From: an uncultured Dehalococcoidia bacterium | Lineage (GTDB): Bacteria; Chloroflexota; Dehalococcoidia; Lucifugimonadales; UBA3495 | Length of the DNA stretch: 27,545 nucleotides | Reading direction: 5' to 3' | Assembly (NCBI GenBank): GCA_950072105.1 | Contig: CATMOE010000049.1 | Span: forward strand, 1-27,545 | Part shown: piece by piece, positions 1 to 8,663 of the stretch | Layout: the number at the start of each line of letters is the position of its first letter | Numbering within the stretch: position 1 is the stretch's first letter | The notes under the pieces: generated by a model | Databases searched by the model: none | The model's input: only the letters and a program-made list of their open reading frames with translations | What the model was told of the DNA's origin: nothing | Made by a program: the position numbers and the translations under genes

Positions 1-869
1 ATCTCGTAGCCCGACTCCTCGAAGGCGTTAATCATCATTTCCAGCGCGTCTTCGTCCCGGGCGTCCTGGATGGTCCAAGCCGGGACCTGCACCTCGTCAG
101 CCACGAAGAAGCTATAAAGGTGACGGCAGATGAACCGGGCCGTGGCCGGTTCCTTCACGATGATGTCGATGATGTCTTCCCCGTTCAGATTTCCGGTGTG
201 ACCCAGGAAAGTCTTTTCGCCGTCGTCGTGGTCTTCGCCCAGGTACTCGAAAGCCCAGGGGAAGCGTCCAAAGGGTTGACGAGGCAGCTTGGGGGCGATG
301 GTCCAGCCGGTGAAGGCGCGGGATGCTTCCCGTACGTCAACCTCGGTGTAGTTGCTGACGCCCATGGAGAACAGCTCAAGCAGTTCCCGTCCCCAGTTCT
401 CGTTCACGGCGTCGCGGTGGTTCTCATTGTTGTCCAGCCAATAGAGCATGGCTGGGTTTTTGGACAGCTCCACCAGCATTTCCTGGTAGTTGCCCATTCC
501 GTACTTGCGGAACATTACCAACTGCTCCAGCATCTGGTCGCAGTTGTCCACCTTGGAGTTGCCGGTGGCGAAGACCTGGTGCCAGAAAAGCGCTACCTTC
601 TCTTCCAACGGCCGCTTGGTGGTGATCATGTTGTACATCCAATTGTACTGACCCGGTTGGGGAACCCCGCCGGGTAGTAAGCAACCCGGCATGTACCGCA
701 GCAGCAGGGTCATGTTGCCGGCCGGCATGTCGTCGGGCGGGTTAATGAGCTCCTCCACCGTTGCATCGTAGCCCTTGGCCACGTATCGTTCCAATTCTTC
801 GCGCGTCGCTCCGAATCCGGCCCGGCGCATCAGATGAGCCATCTGGGCAAGGTCTTCTTTGTTTGCCAT
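1..869 (-). CDS. DUF1800 family protein (partial, runs off the left edge)
   Basis: Translated by hand; absent from the ORF track because there is no stop in the window. MANKEDLAQMAHLMRRAGFGATREE...RPLEEKVALFWHQVFATG...PAMLYWLDN..N...NENWGRELLELFSMG..YTEVDVREASRAFTGW are typical DUF1800 motifs. AAGGGGG lies upstream of the ATG at 869. Confidence 0.85.
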   Translation of the reverse strand, partial: MANKEDLAQMAHLMRRAGFGATREELERYVAKGYDATVEELINPPDDMPAGNMTLLLRYMPGCLLPGGVPQPGQYNWMYNMITTKRPLEEKVALFWHQVFATGNSKVDNCDQMLEQLVMFRKYGMGNYQEMLVELSKNPAMLYWLDNNENHRDAVNENWGRELLELFSMGVSNYTEVDVREASRAFTGWTIAPKLPRQPFGRFPWAFEYLGEDHDDGEKTFLGHTGNLNGEDIIDIIVKEPATARFICRHLYSFFVADEVQVPAWTIQDARDEDALEMMINAFEESGYE

Positions 870-941
870 TCGACGCCCCCTTAAGCTATATATTTCGAAC
901 GAGGTTTTCGAACCTCACTCTAGGCTGAATTTACAGGCTAA

Positions 942-970
942 ATCATATGATATGCTGGTGAGACTGTCAA
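942..970 (-). promoter_or_regulatory. sigma70-type promoter for the DUF1800 gene
   Basis: Minus strand TTGACA (970-965), 17 bp spacer, TATGAT (947-942). Confidence 0.7.
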
Positions 971-1180
971 CAGTATTTAGGGCGTTTTCTAAAATTGGGT
1001 AGTTTTTAATAATCATTTAAATCTAGTAACTGCTTTTACCTATAATTGATAGTTATGTATCCGAATCATTCACTTTTATCCCAAAGAATGCCCTCTGTCT
1101 ACGCCGCCTGTTTCCCCACATCCGGATCGATTCTGGCTTAAGTTGAAGTTCGCGCTGGCCGCGTTGTCCGACTCAAGCGG

Positions 1181-1209
1181 CCGACAAATCCCACGCTTTG
1201 CGTTATAAT
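1181..1209 (+). promoter_or_regulatory. putative sigma70 promoter for the + strand gene cluster
   Basis: CCGACA (1181-1186), 17 bp spacer, TATAAT (1204-1209). Confidence 0.5.
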
Positions 1210-1345
1210 CACGGTAAGCTGGCGGGAGCGCGAACAGACCCAGACACCAAGGCTTCGTAGCCAAGCAGAATTTCAAATTCAATCGCGAGGTAACAACCGC
1301 GGATAAGGCTGGGTTAACCCGGATCCCAACCGCGGTAATTAACGG

Positions 1346-2128
1346 ATGAGCAAATTTCTAGACAGTCTCGAGAAGATTAGTATCATCGCCCCGGCGCCTT
1401 TGGGTTTTGGCGTACGCAGGGAACAGCGGCCCCCGGGAATGGCCTTGATAGTCCAAATATCTTCGGATCATGCCTCCGGTTGCGAGGCTATCTCCGATCT
1501 CTCCCCGGAAGCGGTCCTGCTTTCCGGGATCGACGATCTGGCGGCATTGAAGAAGATTGCGCCGGGACTCCCATCCGTGCCTTGGGGACTCAGCCCAGGT
1601 ACGATTGACGAGGATAGTGTTAACGGTTATAAGGAAGCGGGATGCGATATGTTGGCCTTCGGTTTGGCCGATACGCCGGTCTCGGTTCTAAAGTCCGAAG
1701 AGATGGCCCGATTGCTTTGCCTGGATCCCAGCGCCGATGAACGGCAACTTAGGGCGATCAACCCACTACCGGTGGACGCTGTCTTGATCGACGTTACCAG
1801 TCAGTCCGGAACGTGGACATTGGCCGATCTCACCAATATCACAGCCATCAGCAGCCGGGTCAGTCAGTACATCCTGGTCTCCATCAGCGAACCCCCGGGG
1901 GCAAAGGACCTGGAAGTGTTGCGGGACGCTGGAGTCCACGGTGTGGTGGTAGACGCCGGTTCGGTTTCTATGGAAAGCCTATCCAAGCTCAAATCAGACC
2001 TGCAAGAGATGCCTCGTGCTCAGCCTGGCCGTAAAAACCGGAACGCAGCGGTGTTGCCAAGGTCGGTATTTGCCGTAGACCGGACCCCGGCCCCCGAAGA
2101 GCCGGACGAAGACGACGACGACGAGTAG
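1346..2128 (+). CDS. hypothetical protein, probable TIM-barrel (beta/alpha) fold with acidic C-terminal tail
   Basis: 260-aa ORF with alternating hydrophobic strands and helices (EAVLLSG, GCDMLAF, VDAVLID, LRDAGVHGVVVD); ends EEPDEDDDDE. Confidence 0.7.
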   Translation: MSKFLDSLEKISIIAPAPLGFGVRREQRPPGMALIVQISSDHASGCEAISDLSPEAVLLSGIDDLAALKKIAPGLPSVPWGLSPGTIDEDSVNGYKEAGCDMLAFGLADTPVSVLKSEEMARLLCLDPSADERQLRAINPLPVDAVLIDVTSQSGTWTLADLTNITAISSRVSQYILVSISEPPGAKDLEVLRDAGVHGVVVDAGSVSMESLSKLKSDLQEMPRAQPGRKNRNAAVLPRSVFAVDRTPAPEEPDEDDDDE

Positions 2129-2218
2129 TTGACCATCTTGGTGGTTTGGATCTATAGCGCTGGGATGATGGCGGACCCCGAACGGCCCACTTGGGACCGG
2201 CAGGTTCGTTGATATCCG

Positions 2219-2917
2219 ATGCTATTCCGTTTTTATCACCTTCTCCCAGACGATCCATTAACGTTTTTAATCATGATGGCTTTCTGGGCCGTGGCGTTGG
2301 TCGTCGCGATCACTATCCACGAATTCAGCCACACCGTGGTTGCCACCGGACTGGGAGATACGACGGCGAAGTGCCTGGGCCGTCTGACCCTTAATCCGCT
2401 GAAGCACCTAGACCCCAGCGGAACGGCAATGATTCTGCTAGCCGGGTTCGGTTGGGGCAAGCCCGTGCCCGTGAATCCCCACCGATTGGCCCATGGCGCC
2501 ACGGGAACATCTCTGGTTGCCGCCGCCGGACCCATCTCCAACCTATCGGTCGCGTTCGTGTTGGCCATTCCGATTAAGGTAGGGATACTAGACTACACCG
2601 GCTTTGGAATCTACGGCATTTCGGAACTGATCAACGGTGGCATCCTAAACGTATTCTCGATTCTTTTTACGCTGATCATCACCCTTAATCTCCTCTTGGC
2701 TGTCTTCAACTTGATACCCCTCGCCCCACTGGACGGTTCCCGCATATTGGAGGGATTTATCCCACGAGAACATGCGGCTTCCTACGCCCGTCTACAGCAG
2801 TACGGCCCGGTGATCCTGATCGGAATCATCATGTTGGACTATGCGGTTGGACTGGGTATACTGCAAACCGTGCTTGGACCGGTGATCAGGGGTCTCACCG
2901 CTATCGCTATCGGCTGA
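2219..2917 (+). CDS. site-2 protease family protein (peptidase M50, short PDZ-less type)
   Basis: HEFSH zinc motif, GRLTLNPLKHLDP, GWGKPVPVNP, AAAGPISN, FNLIPLAPLDG; several hydrophobic TM segments. Confidence 0.93.
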   Translation: MLFRFYHLLPDDPLTFLIMMAFWAVALVVAITIHEFSHTVVATGLGDTTAKCLGRLTLNPLKHLDPSGTAMILLAGFGWGKPVPVNPHRLAHGATGTSLVAAAGPISNLSVAFVLAIPIKVGILDYTGFGIYGISELINGGILNVFSILFTLIITLNLLLAVFNLIPLAPLDGSRILEGFIPREHAASYARLQQYGPVILIGIIMLDYAVGLGILQTVLGPVIRGLTAIAIG

Positions 2918-2967
2918 ACAGACCGGCAGTTACCCGTATTTCCATCGATCCAGGAGATTCGAATCCT

Positions 2968-3414
2968 ATGGCTCAAGACCCAAACGACACTTCCGGCATG
3001 GACTTGGACGGTCTCTTGCTGCCTGAAAAAGGGATAGTTGAGCTTACCGACAAGCTCACCGGATACATGACAGAGATTGAGTTGGGGGGGTTGTCCGATA
3101 TTATCGGCCAAGTGCTGGACGACTTTCTAGACCAATGCGGTGGTATGCCCGAAGACCTGAACGATTCGACGGCCTTCGATCAGATAACCAGGAACCAGTT
3201 GGCGGTGACCTTGGCCTACCAGTTGGGCCGGTTGGATGGCCGTTCTCCGCAGGTTGTTAATCTGTTGGTGCAACAAACCATAGATAGCTTCGGCGTTAAA
3301 AGAATGGAAGAGTCTTCGGATATCTCTGACAATGATTTCCAGAATCCCAAAGAGTTGGTCTACCCCAGGTTGCGAAGACTTGAGTACGTGGAGCCTCCGC
3401 CAGAGGACGAATAG
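2968..3414 (+). CDS. hypothetical protein (acidic, mostly helical)
   Basis: 148-aa ORF, AGGAG upstream, fills the gap between co-oriented genes; no family recognised. Confidence 0.7.
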   Translation: MAQDPNDTSGMDLDGLLLPEKGIVELTDKLTGYMTEIELGGLSDIIGQVLDDFLDQCGGMPEDLNDSTAFDQITRNQLAVTLAYQLGRLDGRSPQVVNLLVQQTIDSFGVKRMEESSDISDNDFQNPKELVYPRLRRLEYVEPPPEDE

Positions 3415-3487
3415 AACTGAATAAGCCATTCCCTGCCGCGCCAACTGAATCCCCAACTAAATTCCCAGATAATTAAGGAAAAGGACT

Positions 3488-4669
3488 TTGACAACTACAT
3501 CAACCGGCTATGATTTGATACTTACCGGAGGCACGCTCCTGGACCCCGGTCAGGGCATCGACGGCCGGAGGGATGTGGCTTTCAAGGATGGCTTGGTCGC
3601 TGCGGTGGCCGAGCACATCGAGGCGGATGCGGACGCCACGGTGATCGATGTGACCGGCAAGCTGATAACGCCGGGTCTCATCGACCTGCACGGCCACTTT
3701 TACCACGGCGGCAATGGCTCGGCGGTTCACGCCGACCAGAACTGCTTGTCCGCGGGCACGACCACCGGCGTCGACGCCGGCAGCGCGGGCTTTCTGAATT
3801 ATCAAGCCATGCGGGACTACGTATTTCCAGCGCACCAGACCCGATTATTGGCATTCTTGCATATCGGCGCCGTGGGTTTGGCTTCCAACAGGGTTCTGGG
3901 GGGCGGCCTGCACGACATGCGAGTCATCGACGTGGATCAAACCGCCGACGCCATCAAGAGCAACCCAAATTTCTGCTTCGGCGTGAAAGTACGGATGCAA
4001 CACAACGCGGTGGCTCCTTGGAACGCCCGGGAAGCCATGAAACTTGCCAGGAAAGCGGCCGACCAATCGGGGAGCAAGCTGATGGTACACGTCAGCGGCA
4101 CTCCGATTCCTCTCCCCGAGGTGCTGGAGTTCCTGGGACCGGGCGACATCTCAACCCACGCATTTAATGGCGACCATGAGTCCATCTTGGACCGGAACGG
4201 CAAGATTCGCCCGGAAGCCCGCGCCGCCGCCGACCGGGGCGTAATCATGGACGTGGCCCACGCCGGTGTGCACTGCGACACCGAGGTGGTGAAGGCGGCC
4301 CTGGAGCAGGACTTCTTCCCGGACACCATCAGCACCGACATCCACGTCCCGCCTCCCGACCGGACCGTTTACCTAATGAACGACTTGGTGAGCAAATTCT
4401 ATGCTTTGGGTCTTTCCATGGAAGGGGCAATATCCGCCTCCACGGTCAAACCGGCCCAGGTCCTGGGACTGGAAGAGTCCATCGGTTCGTTGAAGCCCGG
4501 AATGTCCGGCGACGCGGCGGTGTTCGACCTTAGGGAAGGCCGCTTCGTCTGGCACGACATGGCCGGGCACAACGTTGAGGGCAAGGTCCGATTGGACACC
4601 TTCCTAACCGTCCGGGCCGGCAACGTTGTATGGAGAGAGGGCCGGCTGACCCACATGGGGCAGTGTTGA
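3488..4669 (+). CDS. amidohydrolase/deacetylase family metallohydrolase (dihydroorotase-like)
   Basis: PGLIDLHGH (HxH), GTTTGVDAGSAG, GVKVR (carboxylated Lys position), MVH, THAF, ISTD, GSLKPG..GDAAVF; TTG start after AAGGA. Confidence 0.9.
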   Translation: MTTTSTGYDLILTGGTLLDPGQGIDGRRDVAFKDGLVAAVAEHIEADADATVIDVTGKLITPGLIDLHGHFYHGGNGSAVHADQNCLSAGTTTGVDAGSAGFLNYQAMRDYVFPAHQTRLLAFLHIGAVGLASNRVLGGGLHDMRVIDVDQTADAIKSNPNFCFGVKVRMQHNAVAPWNAREAMKLARKAADQSGSKLMVHVSGTPIPLPEVLEFLGPGDISTHAFNGDHESILDRNGKIRPEARAAADRGVIMDVAHAGVHCDTEVVKAALEQDFFPDTISTDIHVPPPDRTVYLMNDLVSKFYALGLSMEGAISASTVKPAQVLGLEESIGSLKPGMSGDAAVFDLREGRFVWHDMAGHNVEGKVRLDTFLTVRAGNVVWREGRLTHMGQC

Positions 4670-4770
4670 TCTACCGTCTCTCCGAACGCCAACCGAGGTG
4701 TTGTTTCAGGTACGACTACTGCCCTGGTGCGTGCCCGGCCTCAATTGGCCTTTAACCGGACTCCCAGCCC

Positions 4771-4799
4771 TTGTAAATAGATTTACCCGCTGTCAAACT
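4771..4799 (+). promoter_or_regulatory. putative promoter for a leaderless PAC2 transcript, with an overlapping palindrome
   Basis: TTGTAA (4771-4776), 17 bp, TGt-CAAACT (4794-4799); ATG at 4806; GTAAAT-AG-ATTTAC at 4773-4786. Confidence 0.4.
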
Positions 4800-4805
4800 A
4801 ATACT

Positions 4806-5693
4806 ATGCGTATCGGCGATTTCGAGATTCCCGGCGAATTGCCCGAGTTTAAAGAGCCCCACGTGCTTGCGGTCCTCAGGCCTTGGATCGACGTCGGCAA
4901 TGTTGGGACGCTGAGTCTGGAAAGGATAGAAAGACATCTACAAGCCGAGGAGTTGGGCCGTCTGGCCCGGCCTGGACGCTTTTACGACTTTACCCGATAC
5001 CGGCCCCGCTCTTATATCGAACACGGCAAACGGGGCTACTCCATTCCTAACACGGTAGTTCGTTATTCGATACGGGAAGAAGGACAGGACCTGATCTTTC
5101 TCCACCTCCTTGAGCCTCAATGCTATGGCGAGGACTATACAGACTCGGTGGTGGAATTGCTCAAGTTTGTCGGCGCTCGCCGGTATTCTTTGATCGGCGC
5201 CATGTACGACATGGTTCCCCATACCAGACCCCTATTGGTTACCGGCAGCAGCAGCCAGGGACAGGATGAAGAGGAGTATCGCTTGGTGGGCGCCCGACCC
5301 AGCAACTACGAAGGGCCGACCACGATCACTTACCTGATCTCTCAGGAAGCGGAAGCCCTAGGGATGGATACCCGTACGTTCGTGGTCCACTTGCCCCAAT
5401 ATTTCCAAGTAGATGAGGACTTTACCGGAACCGCGCGGCTCATGGACGTGCTCTGCAGTCTGTACGACCTTCCCGACCGGCTCAAGGAGCCCGAGCGAGG
5501 CCGGAAACAGTACGAGGCACTGCAGAACATCGTCACCGACGCTTCTGAAGTTTCGTCCCTTTTACAGCGCTTGGAGGAGCGGTACGACCGGGAACAGAAC
5601 GGAGAGCCCTCCACTCCGGCCGAGCTTTCTCCCAAGATAGAGGAATTCCTTCGAGGGTTGAACCAGGATTTTGATCCGCCCGACCAGACCTGA
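4806..5693 (+). CDS. PAC2 (proteasome assembly chaperone 2) family protein
   Basis: PWIDVGNVG, FYDFTRYRP, LHLLEP, IGAMYDMVPHTRP, YEGPT, VHLPQY motifs; start moved to ATG 4806 (MRIGDF) from the GTG at 4698. Confidence 0.88.
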   Translation: MRIGDFEIPGELPEFKEPHVLAVLRPWIDVGNVGTLSLERIERHLQAEELGRLARPGRFYDFTRYRPRSYIEHGKRGYSIPNTVVRYSIREEGQDLIFLHLLEPQCYGEDYTDSVVELLKFVGARRYSLIGAMYDMVPHTRPLLVTGSSSQGQDEEEYRLVGARPSNYEGPTTITYLISQEAEALGMDTRTFVVHLPQYFQVDEDFTGTARLMDVLCSLYDLPDRLKEPERGRKQYEALQNIVTDASEVSSLLQRLEERYDREQNGEPSTPAELSPKIEEFLRGLNQDFDPPDQT

Positions 5694-5848
5694 ACCCTAT
5701 TAACTTGCCTCTCTTATTTTCGGCAGCTTAAGTCTGCTTATCCAGCAAATCTTCTCCCTCCTATGCGGATCAAGACCGAAAGCACTCCCTTACTTTCAAC
5801 TGGTCTCTTGCACCTGGCTTCTTGCCGGTTCTCCGGTAGGCGAGTCTG

Positions 5849-7185
5849 ATGTCTATTTCGTTTACTCAGGAGAGCCAAAGCACTTCCCTCAATCCGGTGG
5901 AGCTTCTGCAACGGCTCATCCGCTTCGACACCACCAACCCGCCCGGCAATGAAAGGGAGTGCGTTGCCTATATTTCCAACTTGCTTGCCGAAGCTGGGTG
6001 CGACTGCACGATCGTCGGAAGTTCCGCGGACCGCCCCAACTTGATAACCCGGTTGAAGGGTCAAGGCAATGCCCCACCCCTTCTGCTCTACGGCCACGTA
6101 GACGTGGTTACTACCGCCGGCCAAACTTGGCAACATCCACCATTTGAAGGACGGCTGGTGGACGGGTACGTCTGGGGCCGGGGGGCTCTGGATATGAAAA
6201 GCGGCATCGTCATGATGCTGTCCGCCTTTTTGAGGGCCAAGGCCGAAGACCTGCATCTGGCAGGCGACGTAATATTGGCGTTGGTCAGCGACGAGGAAGG
6301 TGGGGGAGACGCGGGCGCGAAATACCTGGTAGAGAACCAGAGCGGCCTGTTTCAAGGGGGCGATACGCCATCGGCGAGTTCGGGGGATTCAGCTACGAGG
6401 TCGGGCGGCAGAGGTTCTATCCCATCATGGTGGCCGAAAAACCGATCTGCCATCTTCAAGCGACGATCAGAGGTCCGGGCGGGCACGGTTCATTGCCCCA
6501 ACGGGAAGGGGCAATGGGCCGTATGGCCTCTTTCTTACGTAGGTTGGAGCGGCGCCGCCTGCCCGTGCACGTTACGCCGGTTACTCGGAGCATGATCCAG
6601 ACTATCTCCGCCAAACTGCCTTGGCCGCAGGGTACGGTGTTCCGTCAGCTACTGCATCCAAGGATGACGGACAAGGTTCTGAAACTGATGGGCGAAAAAG
6701 GACAGCCCTTTGAGCCCCTGCTCCGCAATACGGCCAATGCTACGGTTGTTCGGGGTGGTGAGCAAGTAAACGTTGTGCCCAGCACTGTGTTGGTGGAATT
6801 GGACGGGCGGTTGCTTCCGGGCTATGCCCCCGAAGATCTCATCTCCGAGTTGCGCCACAATGTGGGAGATGAGGTGGAACTGGAGGTGATTAGGCACGAC
6901 CCCGGGCCTGCCGAACCGGACATGACATTGTTTGAGACACTAAAAGGAATCCTGCGTTCGGCTGACCCGGATGGTGAGCCGATCCCGATTCTGCTGCCGG
7001 GGGCCACCGATGCCCGATTTTTCTCCAAGCTGGGTATCCAAACATACGGCTACTTGCCCATGAAGCTGCCTCCCGAATTCCAATTTTCCCAGCTGATTCA
7101 TGGGCCGGATGAGCGCATCCCAGTGGACGCTCTGACGTTTGGAACGGAGGCAATCTATCAGCTTATGCATAGATTTGGGCAATAA
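5849..7185 (+). pseudogene. M20/M25/M40 family metallo-hydrolase split by a 1-nt frameshift (pseudogene or sequencing error)
   Basis: First frame has LIRFDTTNPPGNE, LLYGHVDVV, GRGALDMK, SDEEGGG. Homology continues in another frame from 6361 (RYAIGEFGG..MVAEK..GPGGHGS..NVVP..GATDARFF..HGPDERI). The shift is in GGGGG 6356-6360; the repaired product would be about 445 aa. Confidence 0.85.
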
Positions 7186-7270
7186 TCTACCTATGTTGTT
7201 ACGAATTATGTAACTTATTAAGGGCGGAATAGTTGGTGGCCGCACAATTACAGGGCCAACATTGTGCGGA

Positions 7271-7299
7271 TTGACGAGCCCATGGGCGTGTGGTAGAGT
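7271..7299 (+). promoter_or_regulatory. sigma70 promoter of infC-rpmI-rplT
   Basis: TTGACG (7271-7276), 17 bp, TAGAGT (7294-7299) with extended -10 TGn. Confidence 0.7.
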
Positions 7300-7352
7300 G
7301 AATCGACTTTACCCCTTCAATCAGGGGGCTAATCTGTCGGAGGTAGGAAAGC

Positions 7353-8000
7353 ATAGCTAGGCAGTATCGGGTAAACGATAGAATCACATCTGCCCAGGTT
7401 CGGGTTATCGGCGAAGACGGCAGTCAACTGGGGGTAATGGCCGTTGCCCAGGCGATTCGTCTTGCCCAGGAAGCCGAAGTTGATCTGGTAGAGGTAGCTC
7501 CCAACTCCGAACCCCCGGTTTGCCGCTTGCTAGACTATGGTAAGCTCCGCTACCTGACCGCTAAAAAAGACCGGGAGTCCAGAAAGGGTCAGAAGAGCAC
7601 CGACCTTCGGGAAGTACGTTTCAGGCCCAATATCGGTAGCCACGACCTGGAATCGAAGACTCGGAAGGTGAGAGAGCTCATCTTGGACGGTTCCAAGGTC
7701 AAGCTGACCGTTCGCTTCCGAGGCAGAGAGGCCGCCCATCAGCAACTGGGTCTGGCAGTCTTGAAACGGGTAGCCGACGATCTGAGAGATGAAGTTCGCT
7801 TGGAGAAGCCACCGGCTTTAGAGGGCAGGGCGCTATCGATGATTCTCCTGCCCACGCCTCAAAAACCGGAGCGGACCGACCAAAAACCGGAAGCCACCGG
7901 TCAGCAGCCAGAAGCTGAGGATCAAAAACCAGAAGCTACTGACCAGGAAGCCGAAGCTTCTGACCAGAAGGTAGAAGAACCAGCAGATGCCAAAACTTAA
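7353..8000 (+). CDS. infC: translation initiation factor IF-3 (AUA start)
   Basis: In-frame extension upstream of ORF 7437 reads ATA-ARQYRVNDRITSAQVRVIGEDGSQLGVM; GGAGGT at 7339-7344, 8 nt before the ATA; DLVEVAP..PPVCRLLDYGK, FRGRE motifs. Confidence 0.96.
   Translation: MARQYRVNDRITSAQVRVIGEDGSQLGVMAVAQAIRLAQEAEVDLVEVAPNSEPPVCRLLDYGKLRYLTAKKDRESRKGQKSTDLREVRFRPNIGSHDLESKTRKVRELILDGSKVKLTVRFRGREAAHQQLGLAVLKRVADDLRDEVRLEKPPALEGRALSMILLPTPQKPERTDQKPEATGQQPEAEDQKPEATDQEAEASDQKVEEPADAKT
7860..7985 (+). repeat. degenerate 21-bp tandem repeat, about 6 copies, encoding a 7-aa acidic repeat at the IF-3 C-terminus
   Basis: caaaaaccggagcggaccgac / caaaaaccggaagccaccggt / cagcagccagaagctgaggat / caaaaaccagaagctactgac / caggaagccgaagcttctgac / cagaaggtagaagaaccagca. 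Confidence 0.85.
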
Positions 8001-8184
8001 GACACACAAGGGCGCGAAAGCCCGCATCCACATCACCGGTACCGGAAAATTGATGCGGCGCAAGCGCATGAGCAGCCATTTAAGGCGTAAGAAGCCCACC
8101 AAGGTCACTCGCAAGTACTCCGACAAACTACTTGTCGATAGCAGCGACGTTCGCCGCTTGAGCCGCTTGCTCCCCTATGGTTAG
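7987..8184 (+). CDS. rpmI: 50S ribosomal protein L35
   Basis: [24 protein letters not shown]...LLPYG; lies between infC and rplT. Confidence 0.97.
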   Translation: MPKLKTHKGAKARIHITGTGKLMRRKRMSSHLRRKKPTKVTRKYSDKLLVDSSDVRRLSRLLPYG

Positions 8185-8213
8185 GGGCCCCACACCACAC
8201 TAGGAGACCAATC

Positions 8214-8573
8214 TTGTCCAGAGTTAAACGCGGCGTTACCAAACATCGACGCCATAAAAAAGTTTTGCTGGCGGCCAGGGGCTTCCACGGAAGTTCCCAC
8301 CGGAACTACAAATGGGCTAAAGAGGCCCTGATTCACGCTTGGTCCCATACGTATCGTCATCGCCGTGAAAGGAAAGGCGACTTTCGGCGGCTTTGGATCA
8401 TACGCATCGGAGCGGCATGCCGGGCTTCCGGAACTACCTACAGTCAGTTCATGCATGGTATGAAGCTGGCGGGTATCGAGTTGGATCGAAAGATACTGGC
8501 CGATATGGCAGTTCGGGACGAAGCGGCCTTCAAGAAATTGATCGAGTTGGCTGGACAACAAACTGCCGCTTAA
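8214..8573 (+). CDS. rplT: 50S ribosomal protein L20
   Basis: MSRVKRGV...[16 protein letters not shown]...[25 protein letters not shown] start with GGAG upstream. Confidence 0.98.
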   Translation: MSRVKRGVTKHRRHKKVLLAARGFHGSSHRNYKWAKEALIHAWSHTYRHRRERKGDFRRLWIIRIGAACRASGTTYSQFMHGMKLAGIELDRKILADMAVRDEAAFKKLIELAGQQTAA

Positions 8574-8598
8574 ACGAAGTAACCTTGCTACAAACGCC

Positions 8599-8626
8599 AA
8601 AAGGTGCGGTAAACCGCACCTTTTTT
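8599..8626. terminator. bidirectional intrinsic terminator between rplT and the convergent pheST-moeA operon
   Basis: AAAAGGTGCGGT-AA-ACCGCACCTTTTTT: perfect stem with T-runs on both strands. Confidence 0.9.
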
Positions 8627-8663
8627 GTTTGCGTGAGATTATGTCAGTGCGATTATCCGGCTT

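Noticed and set aside
120..677. 185-aa + strand ORF and other short ORFs at the left edge
   Set aside because: Shadows of the minus-strand DUF1800 gene, which the ORF track missed because it has no stop in the window
893..916. GAAC-GAGG-TTTT as a LexA box; GAGGTT-TTCG-AACCTC hairpin
   Set aside because: Two mismatches in the half-site; better explained as a small 5' UTR hairpin of the DUF1800 mRNA
971..1080. AT-rich tract with a Fur-box-like ATAATCATT
   Set aside because: Only a partial match in AT-rich DNA between divergent promoters; no DnaA boxes or iron-related genes to support a specific call
4698..4805. N-terminal 36 codons of the PAC2 ORF as called in the track
   Set aside because: Not protein-like, overlaps promoter-like sequence; ATG 4806 is the more plausible start
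5738..6355. 205-aa minus-strand ORF
   Set aside because: Antisense shadow of the M20 peptidase
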